Program-made: the position numbers and the translations under genes
Notes under the pieces: model-generated
What the model saw: only the letters and a program-made list of their open reading frames with translations
Databases searched by the model: none
Told to the model about the DNA's origin: nothing
Shown: positions 32,525 to 43,325 of the stretch, piece by piece
Layout of the letters: the number at the start of each line of letters is the position of its first letter
Position numbering within the stretch: position 1 is the stretch's first letter
From: Syntrophorhabdaceae bacterium
Lineage (GTDB): Bacteria > Desulfobacterota > Syntrophorhabdia > Syntrophorhabdales > Syntrophorhabdaceae
Direction of reading: 5' to 3'
NCBI GenBank assembly: GCA_963666485.2
Contig: CAXXUO010000009.1
Coordinates: 320,001-384,000, forward strand
DNA: 64,000 nt

Positions 32525-33415
32525 TTACAGGTATATACGCATTTCACTTTCAAAATACCGTGGCCGGCCCGTCAGGGGATCGGTGAATTCGACCGAACGC
32601 GCGACAAGTTTGAGCGGGAGCGAGAAATCATCCTCTGCGGGGGGCAGCGTGACGGGATAGAACCGGTCATTGATTATCGGTATCCCGCAAGCCGCCATGT
32701 GGACCCGTAGCTGATGCTTTCTTCCCGTCAGCGGCTCAAGCCGGTACAAGGCGATGCCATCCTTTTTTTCAATGATGCTTATCCTCGTATGCGCGTTCGG
32801 CGGTCCTTCCGCCTCGTCCATCCTGAAAAAAGGCTTTCCCGCAACGATGCGGCTCGCCCGTTCGACGGGGAACTGCATACCCGGATCATACGCCGCCAGG
32901 GCCTCATATACCTTGTGAACGCTTCGCCTGTGAAATAACGAAGCGTATCTTCCCCTGGTCCCGGCATTGAGCGAAAAGATCACGATCCCGGCCGTCTCCC
33001 TGTCAATACGGTGAATGGGGACGAGATCGTCGAGCATCAACTTCTGCTTGAGCCTGACGAGGAGCGTCTCCTTCAGGTATCGTCCTGACGGTATCACGGG
33101 AAGAAAGTGCGGCTTATCGGCAACCACGATATGTTCATCCCGGTAGAGGACCGACTCCTCGAAGGGTATGGCAGTCTCTTCGTCAAGTTCGCGGTAGTAA
33201 AATATGTAGCTTCCGGTCCGGCAGGGGGAATCCTGGGCCAGTCTCGTCCCGTTCCCGTCAACGACATTCCCCTTTTCCATCCGGGAGACCCAGGTTTCGG
33301 CCGGGATCCCGCGGAACCTGCGGGTGAGTACTTCAAGCGCGTTGAGACCGTCGCCGCGCATGACCCTTAAGCAGCTCGGGCCCACGCCATGGAGTGTCGG
33401 AAGTGGTTTTTTCAT
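32525..33415 (-). CDS. RluA family pseudouridine synthase
   Basis: DKPHFLPV, HRIDRETAG and TGRKHQLR motifs; start ATG 33415. Confidence 0.9.
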   Translation of the reverse strand: MKKPLPTLHGVGPSCLRVMRGDGLNALEVLTRRFRGIPAETWVSRMEKGNVVDGNGTRLAQDSPCRTGSYIFYYRELDEETAIPFEESVLYRDEHIVVADKPHFLPVIPSGRYLKETLLVRLKQKLMLDDLVPIHRIDRETAGIVIFSLNAGTRGRYASLFHRRSVHKVYEALAAYDPGMQFPVERASRIVAGKPFFRMDEAEGPPNAHTRISIIEKKDGIALYRLEPLTGRKHQLRVHMAACGIPIINDRFYPVTLPPAEDDFSLPLKLVARSVEFTDPLTGRPRYFESEMRIYL

Positions 33416-33643
33416 AACATTTTGGCCCCTAAATCGACGGCCGGGTTTTTCTGCAGTGATTTTATCATAATTAAAACGGGCAGTCTTGTGATATGATACG
33501 TACAAAAAAATCTTGTATAAGTTCCTTTTTGAATGGATAATCACATAGGGGATCCCGGCAAATCTGTTATAATGGGTCACGAGGCAGAACAAGGGCCAAC
33601 CGGTGGAACACCTGACAGAACAATTCGGAGGCAAAATATCGAT

Positions 33644-34126
33644 ATGTACAAGATCCTGAGGTCAGTCGTTATCGGCCTGGTATTTACGGTATTATTCTCG
33701 GGAATGGCAGATGCTCAATGGGTATATGTCGGGCGTAAAGCGCTTGGCAAAGTGAAGCAGCTGACGAGCGGAGCGGACAGTTACCAGAAATCGCTCGAAG
33801 ACGGGCAAAAGAATGTCCCGCAGCCGGGATATGATGCCGGGACGGTGCTTCTCGAAGTGCCGGCAGAAAAAGTATATTCAGCGGCGATCAATTTAATGCA
33901 GGCAAACAAAGACGTTCGGATCACGAAAAAGGATGACAGGGCCCTCACTATCGAATTCACACACGGTTCCATTGCAGCCGGCTTGCAGATAACCTCACTC
34001 TCCGATACTATCAGTCAACTTCTCGTAGTCGCAACAAAAGAAGGAAAGGGCGATTCGTCCATGGTCTTGAAAGCAATACTGAGGATATGCAACGAAATGG
34101 GGGTACACTGCCAATCCTCAGATTAA
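33644..34126 (+). CDS. Secreted hypothetical protein
   Basis: Start ATG 33644 with SD GGAGG; signal peptide ending ADA. Confidence 0.6.
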   Translation: MYKILRSVVIGLVFTVLFSGMADAQWVYVGRKALGKVKQLTSGADSYQKSLEDGQKNVPQPGYDAGTVLLEVPAEKVYSAAINLMQANKDVRITKKDDRALTIEFTHGSIAAGLQITSLSDTISQLLVVATKEGKGDSSMVLKAILRICNEMGVHCQSSD

Positions 34127-34209
34127 GAGCTGTCAAACGGTATAGAAACAAAACATGTTGCTCTTCGTATCTTTTTCTTACTATATTATTCTTTCGAAAG
34201 GAGAAGTGA

Positions 34210-34584
34210 GTGAAGCTACAGGAAGTTAAAGACATACTCGATGCCGAGGTTATCGTTGGGAATGACCTCCTGAACACTGAAGTACGGACAGCATTCGGAG
34301 CGGACCTGATGAGTGACGTTCTCGCTTTTGCCAAACCGGGGAGCCTTCTTCTCACCGGTTTGACAAATCCCCAGGTTATCCGCACGTCCGATGTCCTCGA
34401 TATAGCCGCGATCATCCTGGTGCGCGGCAAAAGGCCCTTATCGGAAACGATCCAACTTGCGGAAGAATTACGAATACCGCTATTGACCACGAAGTTTATA
34501 CTCTTTGAAGCCGTCGGTCGGCTCTATGCCCAGGGAATCCGTGGCTGCATAGAAAAGGTCGGCGATGCACGTGACCTTTCCTGA
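34210..34584 (+). CDS. DRTGG domain protein
   Basis: GADLMSDVLA...LLTGLTNPQVIRT motif. Confidence 0.85.
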   Translation: MKLQEVKDILDAEVIVGNDLLNTEVRTAFGADLMSDVLAFAKPGSLLLTGLTNPQVIRTSDVLDIAAIILVRGKRPLSETIQLAEELRIPLLTTKFILFEAVGRLYAQGIRGCIEKVGDARDLS

Positions 34585-35026
34585 GATAATCGAAAAGACG
34601 TTTACGGTTGAAGGAGGCTTTGAAAATGCCGGCCTGGTATCAAGCCAGGTAAAAGCCCTCCTTTCCCAACGCGACCTTCCCAAGGACATCATCAGGCGTG
34701 TCTCTATCGTGACCCTGGAAGCCGAAATGAACATCTGTTCGTACGCACACCGGGGACACATAACGGTCCGTGTCCTGCCCCATTTCATCACGATCGAGGC
34801 AATTGACGAGGGACAGGGGATCCATGACATAGAACAGGCAATGATGGAAGGCTATTCGACTGCCACCGACAAGATCCGGAGCATGGGTTTCGGCGCGGGT
34901 CTCGGGCTTTCGAACATGAAAAAATTCTCCGATACCTTCCGTCTCATTTCTGAGGTCGGCAAGGGTACCCATTTGAAAATGCTCATCCATATACCCAAGG
35001 AATTTCATCCGCAGAAAGCACAATAG
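34565..35026 (+). CDS. HATPase anti-sigma / Ser-Thr kinase-like protein
   Basis: EAEMN, DEGQGI, GYSTA and GFGAGLGL boxes. Confidence 0.85.
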   Translation: MHVTFPEIIEKTFTVEGGFENAGLVSSQVKALLSQRDLPKDIIRRVSIVTLEAEMNICSYAHRGHITVRVLPHFITIEAIDEGQGIHDIEQAMMEGYSTATDKIRSMGFGAGLGLSNMKKFSDTFRLISEVGKGTHLKMLIHIPKEFHPQKAQ

Positions 35027-35089
35027 CATTTTCCTCATTGAATACTACCGATCTTTTTTGGTAAGGTTATTGTAATCGATTCAATAACA

Positions 35090-36556
35090 ATGATAGACGC
35101 AGACAAAAGCAAAGAGCAGCTTATCGTCGAACTCGCACAGGCGCGTCAGCGCGTTTCCGAACTGGAAAGGTCGGAGGGACAGCACGCGCTGGTGGAGAAG
35201 GGATTACGGGAAAGCTACGAGTACGCGAAGGGCCTTTTTACCGCCTCGCACATCCCCCTCATTATCATGGACGCGGAAACGGGCGTATATATGGACTGCA
35301 ACGAGGCTGCGGTAAAAATATACGGATACGCTAACCGCGAGGAGGTCCTGGGCAAAACACCTCTCGACGTCTCCGCACCGACCCAGTATGACGGTTCAGA
35401 TTCGACGGCTGAAGTCAAAAAACACAACGAGGCAGCCCGGAGAGAGGGTTCCCACGTATTCGAATGGCGGCACCAGCGGGCTAACGGGGAGATATGGGAC
35501 GCAGATGTCCATCTCATGTTCCTGGAGAACCGGGGACATCCACTCCTCCAGTTCCAGCTTCAGGATATCACCGAACGGAAGAAGGTTGAAAAGGCGGTCG
35601 CCGAGAGCGAAGAGACGTTGCGGTCCTTTTTCGATGCCATAAGCGAGCCCCTGCTGCTGACTGATCCGCGCGGTACGATCCTCATGGCGAACGAAACAAT
35701 GGCCCGGAGGCTTGGAAAGAACGTGAACGAGCTTATCGGCCTTTGCCAGTACGATTTCTTTCCGCCGGATGTCGCACAAAACAGGAAAAAATATTATGAC
35801 AGGGTCTTTCTGACAGGCGAACCGGTGCATTTTGAAGATCAAAGAGACAACCGGACCTTCGAAATATCCGCATACCCCGTCTTTGACGAGCAGCGGGCCG
35901 TATCCAAGATATCCATTTATGTCAGGGACATCACGGAACGCAAGCGCATGGAAGAGGACCTCAGGCAGACAGAGAAAAAATTCAGGGACCTCGCGGAGAA
36001 ATCGGTTGTCGGCGTATACGTGCTTCAAGATGGTCTGTTCAAATACGTCAATGAAAAACATGCCGAGATCCTCGGCTATACGACGGAAGAATTGACCGGC
36101 GGGATGGGGCCCCTTGATGTGGTCTATCCGGAAGATTGGCCTTTACTGGAGGAAAACGTCAGGCGAAGGCTGTCAGGAGAGGTCAAAGCTCTCACCTACG
36201 AGTTCAGGATCATCAGGAAAGATAAAGAGCTGAGAAACGTCGAAGCTCACACGTCCCTCTCCACGTACGAGGGAAAGGACGCGATCCTGGGGACCATCCT
36301 CGACATCACCGAACGCAAGCAGGCGCAGGAGGACCGCGAGAGGCTGATCCTCGAGCTCAAGAATGCCCTCGCCCAGGTCAAGACCTTAAGCGGTTTGCTC
36401 CCCATCTGCGCCTCCTGCAAAAAAATACGCAACGACCAGGGATACTGGGAGCAGATGGAGATGTACATACGCAACCACTCAGAGGCCGAATTCTCCCACG
36501 GCTACTGCCCCGAGTGCGCCGCAAAACTGCTTTCCGAATTAAAGCAAAAGAAATAG
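35090..36556 (+). CDS. Triple-PAS sensor protein with C-terminal Cys-rich domain
   Basis: Three DITERK-terminated PAS domains; LLPICASCKKIR...SHGYCPEC. Confidence 0.85.
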   Translation: MIDADKSKEQLIVELAQARQRVSELERSEGQHALVEKGLRESYEYAKGLFTASHIPLIIMDAETGVYMDCNEAAVKIYGYANREEVLGKTPLDVSAPTQYDGSDSTAEVKKHNEAARREGSHVFEWRHQRANGEIWDADVHLMFLENRGHPLLQFQLQDITERKKVEKAVAESEETLRSFFDAISEPLLLTDPRGTILMANETMARRLGKNVNELIGLCQYDFFPPDVAQNRKKYYDRVFLTGEPVHFEDQRDNRTFEISAYPVFDEQRAVSKISIYVRDITERKRMEEDLRQTEKKFRDLAEKSVVGVYVLQDGLFKYVNEKHAEILGYTTEELTGGMGPLDVVYPEDWPLLEENVRRRLSGEVKALTYEFRIIRKDKELRNVEAHTSLSTYEGKDAILGTILDITERKQAQEDRERLILELKNALAQVKTLSGLLPICASCKKIRNDQGYWEQMEMYIRNHSEAEFSHGYCPECAAKLLSELKQKK

Positions 36557-36611
36557 ATCTTATTGACCGATACCAGCCCTGTCCGGTCGTGGGAAAGGCG
36601 GGTATGTGACT

Positions 36612-37322
36612 TCATCTTCCGTCTTTCCGCACTATCCTGACAAGAGCGAATGTGTCAGTCCAATTCAGGCGCAACACGTAATTCTGTCCCGGACCATATT
36701 TTCCGGGCTCCGGTGCATTTCTCACAAGGCGCTGCAACTCGGGAATGTCGTGGAAGGTGCCTAACAATTCACAGCGTACCCGGTCCAGCATACTCCTGGC
36801 ATCAATGAAGGCAACCAATTTTTGAATATAAGACATGCGGACATTCTTTGATTCGATGAGGAAATTGCATTTACTGTCAACGCCAAGAGATACATCGCGG
36901 GGAAACCAGGCGGGTTTCACTTCTATGGCCCGGGGAAATCCCGGCACGATCTCAAGCCGTCCCCTCGCAAGAATACCTCCGGCGAACGGTAAAAAATCCG
37001 AATCACCAAAACTGATATTCCAGTTGTCCATGAATGTTTTGTTTGCATGTACTCTAAGTTTCGAACCTTGTTCAATGAGGTACAGATCTTGCTGGGCCAT
37101 GGGAAACATATCTATGTAGCCTTTGCCCTTTTTAATCCCGTCTTTTTCGGTTATTTTGTAAATATACCGGGAGTAAGGCCTCGTCGGTTCGGTTTCGTTC
37201 GCGAGGCTCTGCATTTCCGATCTCGTCGGAGCGGGGGGTTCCCGGGTTAGCGCCCCGGTACCGGCACAACCGGCGAGTAATATCCCTGACACAGCAATGG
37301 CGAAAAAGAATCGTAGTTTCAT
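36612..37322 (-). CDS. T4SS-cluster lipoprotein of unknown function
   Basis: Start ATG 37322; lipobox LAGC; last gene of the minus-strand cluster. Confidence 0.65.
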   Translation of the reverse strand: MKLRFFFAIAVSGILLAGCAGTGALTREPPAPTRSEMQSLANETEPTRPYSRYIYKITEKDGIKKGKGYIDMFPMAQQDLYLIEQGSKLRVHANKTFMDNWNISFGDSDFLPFAGGILARGRLEIVPGFPRAIEVKPAWFPRDVSLGVDSKCNFLIESKNVRMSYIQKLVAFIDARSMLDRVRCELLGTFHDIPELQRLVRNAPEPGKYGPGQNYVLRLNWTDTFALVRIVRKDGR

Positions 37323-37335
37323 GTGATATCTCCGG

Positions 37336-38496
37336 TTATGGCATAAAGTAGATGAGCACGGGCACACCTTTTTCCATGATCAGAGTTGGTGTCTTTCTTG
37401 CTGAATTCTCCACTTTTTTCGACATTCCCTGGAACATGGCATCCCCGGACGCAAGACCGGCTTCCCTCAAACGATTGTCGTCTTTCGTCTGACCCGTGAC
37501 CGTTGTGCCTGATGTCACTTCTATCGTTGTCGTATCTTTTCTCAGAGCATTCAAGAAAGATGACATTCCCGACAATACACTGCTCGCCACAGTGCCGGCT
37601 ATATCATCATGCCGTATGGTGGAAATAATGCCATCTGATTGATCTATGGACGCAACGTATCCCTTCATAGGGTAATGAGCGTTTTCGGGATTAAGGACCC
37701 CGGAAATTTCGACGTGGAACCTGTTGTCCGTAAAATTAGGGCTTGCCTTCCCTACAATTTTCCAGCCTTTAAGCGGTATCTCGGTGCCCGTTGCAACGAA
37801 TATTGCTTTTGCATCCGACGAGGTGAATGTCCGGTCGATTACGGCTCGGTACGGTCGGTAAAATTGCACCTTCAGCCCCTGTCCGGTATAAGCGGGGCTT
37901 CTTTCCGTTCCGGGCACCTCTTTTTCATTTGGAGCGGATTGTGCCGCGGTATTCACAACCGCGGATGAGCCATGGCTCCCAACGAATCCTCCCGATATCT
38001 TTTGAAAATACATATGTTCCCATGCTTTTTTCCGTGTCTGTTCGTTATCGGTGCTGCTGAGCGAGCCGATCTGTGAATCCATCCCCTCATTGTAGATATT
38101 GGACGTGGTCTTGCCCTTTTTTGCGAAAGACAGTGGGTCACGCTCAGGGACGATCATGCCCGCAAGATCGACGTCCTCTTTTCTCTTTTTCGAGGGCCCC
38201 ACCCTTCCGATATATCCGCCCCTTTCGCTTGCCTTGAGCATCTGCTGTTCCTTCTTGATGGCATCGCCGATCGTACTTTCATCCGACTTCTTCTCGTCAA
38301 CTGCGTACGGGTCCGTCTCTTTGGACCCCGCAACGCCTGCGTTCTTTCTGGCAGCGGTCTTTTTATTTATATCGAGCTGCGACATTTTCATTTTCTTAGA
38401 TCTGTCCATAAGAACCCCTATAGCAAGGGATATGAAGAATGCGGCCGCAATCACGGCAATGGTTATCAATATGGCGGGTTTTGGGAATCTTCTCAT
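37336..38496 (-). CDS. VirB10/DotG/TrbI-like core protein
   Basis: N-terminal TM anchor, charged low-complexity linker, C-terminal beta domain with helical insert and PTLIMEKGVPVLIYF end. Confidence 0.65.
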   Translation of the reverse strand: MRRFPKPAILITIAVIAAAFFISLAIGVLMDRSKKMKMSQLDINKKTAARKNAGVAGSKETDPYAVDEKKSDESTIGDAIKKEQQMLKASERGGYIGRVGPSKKRKEDVDLAGMIVPERDPLSFAKKGKTTSNIYNEGMDSQIGSLSSTDNEQTRKKAWEHMYFQKISGGFVGSHGSSAVVNTAAQSAPNEKEVPGTERSPAYTGQGLKVQFYRPYRAVIDRTFTSSDAKAIFVATGTEIPLKGWKIVGKASPNFTDNRFHVEISGVLNPENAHYPMKGYVASIDQSDGIISTIRHDDIAGTVASSVLSGMSSFLNALRKDTTTIEVTSGTTVTGQTKDDNRLREAGLASGDAMFQGMSKKVENSARKTPTLIMEKGVPVLIYFMP

Positions 38497-39077
38497 ATGC
38501 CGGACTCCCTCCAGATCGGTTTGATTATGTATCGGGAACCCGAGAAAAGGATCGCATTACCGGCTTCGATTTTGGCGACATCAATTGCGTCCTGTTTGTT
38601 ATTGAAGAAAACCGATATGTGCGTGTCTTCCCCTGGCTCTACGGCAAATACAATGTCCCCGAGATCAACAGGTTCTTTTTCATGAAGGCAATAAACGGCC
38701 CTGAGGTTATGGTACGTCTGAAGATACTTATATTCATTCGGCATTATCTCGTTCCATACGCCCCTCGCCTGGGCAAGCCTCTCATTGTCAAAAACAAATG
38801 CGATCACCGAGTCTCCGCCATGCGGTGAAATTACCGGGATCCTTTCCGGCACTTCAAATCGCGCCCTGATATTTTCAGTAAGCGGGTCTTCCGAGGGTAA
38901 TGCCCTTATACCAACTGACAAGGTGTTGATCGCGCGTAGGAATTCGCCGACAGCGTCCATCGTCATCCCCGAGGACCTCTGGCCTTGCTGAGCATTGCTA
39001 AATGACGCCGGCATAAAAAAGGCGAGCACGACGATTGCCAGGAACGATCTGAAGATTGTTTTCATATTCTCTTTCAT
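38493..39077 (-). CDS. Secreted hypothetical protein in T4SS cluster
   Basis: Signal peptide ending SNA; tightly coupled to both neighbours. Confidence 0.6.
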   Translation of the reverse strand: MKENMKTIFRSFLAIVVLAFFMPASFSNAQQGQRSSGMTMDAVGEFLRAINTLSVGIRALPSEDPLTENIRARFEVPERIPVISPHGGDSVIAFVFDNERLAQARGVWNEIMPNEYKYLQTYHNLRAVYCLHEKEPVDLGDIVFAVEPGEDTHISVFFNNKQDAIDVAKIEAGNAILFSGSRYIIKPIWRESGI

Positions 39078-39079
39078 CC

Positions 39080-41815
39080 TTATGATAAATAGCCGTCTGA
39101 ATCTATTTTCCTCATCACGGTATTGATATCTATGGTCCTCCCGATGCTCCCTTCCGGGAACATATCGGCAAGGGCCTCGATGGCCACAGCCTGCGCGCGC
39201 CTTGAAGATATGCCGCGATCCTTCAGGGTCAGTGCAATGTTTTCCCTTAAGTACCGCTCATCCTTGTGCGTGGTGTAGCGCCATCGGCTGCCTGGCGTCT
39301 GAACATTGATAAGAACGCCTTTCCCGAGGTCTTCATTGAGCGCAAGGATCTCTGCATATTTACCCGGATGGAACTTGAGGGATAGGAGGAGCTCACGGTC
39401 CTCATTTTTAAGGCCTAATATTTTGACTATATTATCTATTCCTTCAACCGTCGGGTTGTCCGGCGATATATGCCGCGTGAAAAATTTGTTGGCTGCGGCC
39501 GATATAAAATGCTTTCCCCTTTCAGCGATGTCGAGAATATCCTGCGTGACCAGGTATGTCGCCAACCCGAGGGTCCTTTGCTGCCGAGCATCTTTATCAA
39601 GCACATCGAGGATGGTTTCGTTATTTTTCAGATTATGGAACTCATCATAAACGAACAATTTTGGCCTGTTTTGCACTGCGAGCATCCAGTCGACAGATGC
39701 GGCGCCAAGAAAGGGGGGCATTTCACCCGGCAAATAGATTGCCTTGCGATAGGCAAAATCACGATAGAGGAGCAGCAATAACGCCAGTATTTCCCTTCTT
39801 TCACTGACAAGGCCCATGTGAATGCAAAAAATGTCTCTGTCCACCGAGAAATTGGTCACCCCGTTTAGCAACGAGGCCTGTTCGCCCTGCGCATACAGGT
39901 TAAGGACCCTCCTCATGTCTTCAGCTATCTGCCGGTCCCTTGAATTTGTGTTAATGGCAGGGTCCGACGAAAGCACCCGTATAAAGTCATTGAGCGTCGG
40001 AGTGGCAAGGCATTGCGCCGTTTCAGCGAGCTGAAAATCTTTTCTGTCCAGCGTTGAAAGGAATTTCTTTATATAGTAGTCCCGGTATTCCAGGTAGGTA
40101 TCGAATGAGGGGGCGCCCGCAAAGACCTTTTCCTGGGCCTCATTCGACATTTTGATCGTGCGCACATGGCGTGGTTCTTCCTTGAATAGCATGTCATAGG
40201 CTCTCTTGAGAGTACGTCCCAAAATGGAGAGTGTCTCTTTGGGGACCCTGCCGTCCTCGCTCAGCATAGCCGTGAACACCGCGTTTAAAGATAGTATTTT
40301 GGAACCGGTCGGTTGTTCGAACCCGACCCGCAGATCAAACATATTCACCCGTTTGTCACTGTCGCCGAATTTGACCTGTATGAAACTGCCCCCAAAATTC
40401 GAAACGACAGGTTCATACGAGGACGCTTTTGCCATATCGACAATAACAATGACTGGATCGTCGGCCATGGCACCCGTAATGATGCCGTTCATCAAAACAG
40501 ATTTGCCGCTTCCTGTCGGCCCGATCACCAATCCTGCCCACCTGTTCTGCCGGACACTGAATGGATGCAGCGCGGTTACTCCGCCATGACGATTCCTGAG
40601 CAGCATGGCAGGCCGGGACCGGTCACCCCGGTACATGCCGCGAAGCGGTACAAATTTCATAATGTCATGGCCGAAAATAATATGCGGGTCATAATTCCTC
40701 GTGGCACATCCGGGCAATGATGCCACAAACGCGTTCTCTTTCCGCATCCACTCCGCAAATATTCCCGCCCCGTCCACGGACATGGATACGGCCAGGCGGA
40801 AAGCCTGTATCTTTTCCTGCAGGGACTGAATGCTCGTGTCCCAAATGAGGCAGCTCACGAAACATTTTACGATCTTCCATCCTTCCCGGGCCCGGTCCTC
40901 AAGGAGATCGTCTATCGAAACGATCCTCTCCTTATTATCGATTGCGGCTGATGTTTTTTTCCCGCTGAAGATATTTGCCATCACACGCATCCTGGACAGG
41001 TCCTTCGCTATCGACGCGGCATCTTCACATAGTATTATCGTGTTCAGCACGAGGGGGAAATTGATGTTCTGAAGCATCCTCGACCCACATCCTGCCGGGA
41101 TCGTATTGGGAAGGGAATCCATCACCAGCGTGGCGAAAAAGTGCCGACCGTTCGTCAGATAATAGTCTTTCGCGTAGAAATCCGTGTTAAATATTCTTTT
41201 TCTCAAAGGTAACAGGCCGCCACACTCTGAAAGCGTCATAGAAGGCGCAGGATCACCGGGATTAATTATTCTCGCCAGGTTCTGCATCATCTCGGGCCCG
41301 CTTAAGCCCCGAATATCGTAGCCGAGAGGTATCAGGGTGTTCTTAAACATCGAAGCCGCCTCGTCCAGTTTTCGGTTGCGCTCCAGGAAATCACCCGAAC
41401 CCAGACACCTTTTCTTTTTACCCTCGATGGAGGCCTCGGCGCTGAGCGGCACAATGACAGTGCAATAGAGCGATGTATCGATGATCCCTCCCCGGGATTG
41501 CAGTTCGGCTACATTCTCTTTCGCCATCGAACGGGACAGGGGATCCACGTTTAATCTCGTGTATTCGTCAAGCAAACGGCCCGTGTCCTGATTCACATAC
41601 GTTGTGAACTGGACGAAAACGTTCTGCGCTGTAATATTCTTAAGCATTTCAGAGCATTTATTGACCTCGATATCCATGACCGACCTGTCTATCCCATCAG
41701 CCCCGGCCTGCATTATTTCGAAGCCATACGCCTTTTCAAAGCGTTCCAGGATCAGGTAATTATCTCCGACCATCGTGATCGGTATGCGCCGGTAAAAAGG
41801 AGATGATCTCTGCAT
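39080..41815 (-). CDS. VirB4-family ATPase, DotO/IcmB/TraU-like
   Basis: 911 aa; GPTGSGKS; PKLFVYDEFH Walker B; AETAQCLATPTLND; DARQQR...TQ. Confidence 0.85.
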   Translation of the reverse strand: MQRSSPFYRRIPITMVGDNYLILERFEKAYGFEIMQAGADGIDRSVMDIEVNKCSEMLKNITAQNVFVQFTTYVNQDTGRLLDEYTRLNVDPLSRSMAKENVAELQSRGGIIDTSLYCTVIVPLSAEASIEGKKKRCLGSGDFLERNRKLDEAASMFKNTLIPLGYDIRGLSGPEMMQNLARIINPGDPAPSMTLSECGGLLPLRKRIFNTDFYAKDYYLTNGRHFFATLVMDSLPNTIPAGCGSRMLQNINFPLVLNTIILCEDAASIAKDLSRMRVMANIFSGKKTSAAIDNKERIVSIDDLLEDRAREGWKIVKCFVSCLIWDTSIQSLQEKIQAFRLAVSMSVDGAGIFAEWMRKENAFVASLPGCATRNYDPHIIFGHDIMKFVPLRGMYRGDRSRPAMLLRNRHGGVTALHPFSVRQNRWAGLVIGPTGSGKSVLMNGIITGAMADDPVIVIVDMAKASSYEPVVSNFGGSFIQVKFGDSDKRVNMFDLRVGFEQPTGSKILSLNAVFTAMLSEDGRVPKETLSILGRTLKRAYDMLFKEEPRHVRTIKMSNEAQEKVFAGAPSFDTYLEYRDYYIKKFLSTLDRKDFQLAETAQCLATPTLNDFIRVLSSDPAINTNSRDRQIAEDMRRVLNLYAQGEQASLLNGVTNFSVDRDIFCIHMGLVSERREILALLLLLYRDFAYRKAIYLPGEMPPFLGAASVDWMLAVQNRPKLFVYDEFHNLKNNETILDVLDKDARQQRTLGLATYLVTQDILDIAERGKHFISAAANKFFTRHISPDNPTVEGIDNIVKILGLKNEDRELLLSLKFHPGKYAEILALNEDLGKGVLINVQTPGSRWRYTTHKDERYLRENIALTLKDRGISSRRAQAVAIEALADMFPEGSIGRTIDINTVMRKIDSDGYLS

Positions 41816-41834
41816 TATAATCCCGTTTTTCGGT

Positions 41835-43322
41835 CTAATCGGCAGGCATTCCGCTGTCCTCGATGAATCTCAGGACATCAGGGTCATCCGTATCGGCAGC
41901 CTGCGCCATCGCCCGTAATGCAATTAGTTTCAGTTTTTGATTTTCCAGATAAAGAAGGTAGTAATGCAATCGTGAAAGATCTTTCCATGCCTGGTCCTCG
42001 TAACCGCTATCAATAGCTGCCGGGGCAAGATTTTTCAGCCGGGTCCTGATGCCGGATGCCACCTCCAGTGATGTCCGGGCAAGGACGTAATGCTTGATTG
42101 CCAATTTCTTTCTCACCGCTGATGATTGTCTCGATGCGAGCAGAACCATGGCCCTTTTCATGCTGCCGTCATCGAAGAGGGACACCGGAGCCTTTGCCCG
42201 GGCGAAAGTCTCGTAATTGCGATAATCGCGGAGCAATCTCTGAACTTCGTTTTCTATCGAGGAATACATAGTCGTAATGGCGATCTCTTTCTGCTTTTCT
42301 GCGATCACCAGCCTGTTGACGGCATCGAGCGCGGATTGCACCTTCGACCCTATGATCCTATCGACAGATGCTGCTGTCGCCAGGGAGATCTTTTGAAGGG
42401 AGTCGGTCGATCTTGATATGTATTGCGGGACACTTTGCCCGGCCACGCCATTTACCGTCGATATGATCAATTCTATATCTTTATCTGTCAAAACCACTTT
42501 CGTATTGCCCGACACGGTCTTGCCGAGCACTGCCTTGAGGTATTCACTATTTGATGCTGTGAACTGATTTCCTATCGCATCTCCAACAGACATGTTTCCG
42601 ATGGTTCCCAGTATGCCGAATCCGTCGCGGGCATGCACTGTACACGCGCTAAGTGCTGCCCGGGTATTGCCGGTAACATCCTTCTGCCTTGCCGTAAGCG
42701 AGGACGCCACATCGATCCTGCCGGATAGCCCGGCCATGTGCATCACCAGGTTCGATGCGACCGGCAGGAAACCGGACACCATTGACCGATATTCATTCAC
42801 CTGGCCGGAATAGGTGCCAACAAGGCCCGGGGACTTGAGGAAAACCTGGTAATTTTTGAGGACCGTGGACGTATCATTCCTGTCGAATCCTTTCCGCCTT
42901 AATTCGTTCTGGAGGGTAGTCATAACCGAATTGTTGAGGCTGCCTGTAAAACTGGCAAGGCTCATATCGCCGTTTACGATGCCGGTCTGGGACTTTAGTC
43001 CTTCGTTAACAGCACCGCCAATCATGGATGAAAAATCATTTATGCCCGAAAGATCGCCGGTACCGGCAAAATTGCCGGGCTTATACGAGATGCTCAGCTT
43101 TTGTGACAGGTTGGCTTTTAACTCGCCTGACATAAAGTTTTTTACAAGATTATTGAGGAGAGCCGAAAACTGTGCATAGTTCGTCACCATAATGATAGGT
43201 GAGCATTTAATTGCACATTCCGCCCGGCGGCTGAACAACCCGTAGGAAATAAAAAAAATCACCAGGCCGAAGAATGTCAGAATGCCGATTACCAGAGATT
43301 TTTTTACCCGGAGCCTGTTCAT
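41835..43322 (-). CDS. Secreted or anchored helical protein, paralogue 1 (possible VirB5-like)
   Basis: N-terminal hydrophobic segment; VTNY; C-terminal APAAIDSGYEDQAWKDL shared with the neighbours. Confidence 0.6.
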   Translation of the reverse strand: MNRLRVKKSLVIGILTFFGLVIFFISYGLFSRRAECAIKCSPIIMVTNYAQFSALLNNLVKNFMSGELKANLSQKLSISYKPGNFAGTGDLSGINDFSSMIGGAVNEGLKSQTGIVNGDMSLASFTGSLNNSVMTTLQNELRRKGFDRNDTSTVLKNYQVFLKSPGLVGTYSGQVNEYRSMVSGFLPVASNLVMHMAGLSGRIDVASSLTARQKDVTGNTRAALSACTVHARDGFGILGTIGNMSVGDAIGNQFTASNSEYLKAVLGKTVSGNTKVVLTDKDIELIISTVNGVAGQSVPQYISRSTDSLQKISLATAASVDRIIGSKVQSALDAVNRLVIAEKQKEIAITTMYSSIENEVQRLLRDYRNYETFARAKAPVSLFDDGSMKRAMVLLASRQSSAVRKKLAIKHYVLARTSLEVASGIRTRLKNLAPAAIDSGYEDQAWKDLSRLHYYLLYLENQKLKLIALRAMAQAADTDDPDVLRFIEDSGMPAD

Positions 43323-43325
43323 CGT

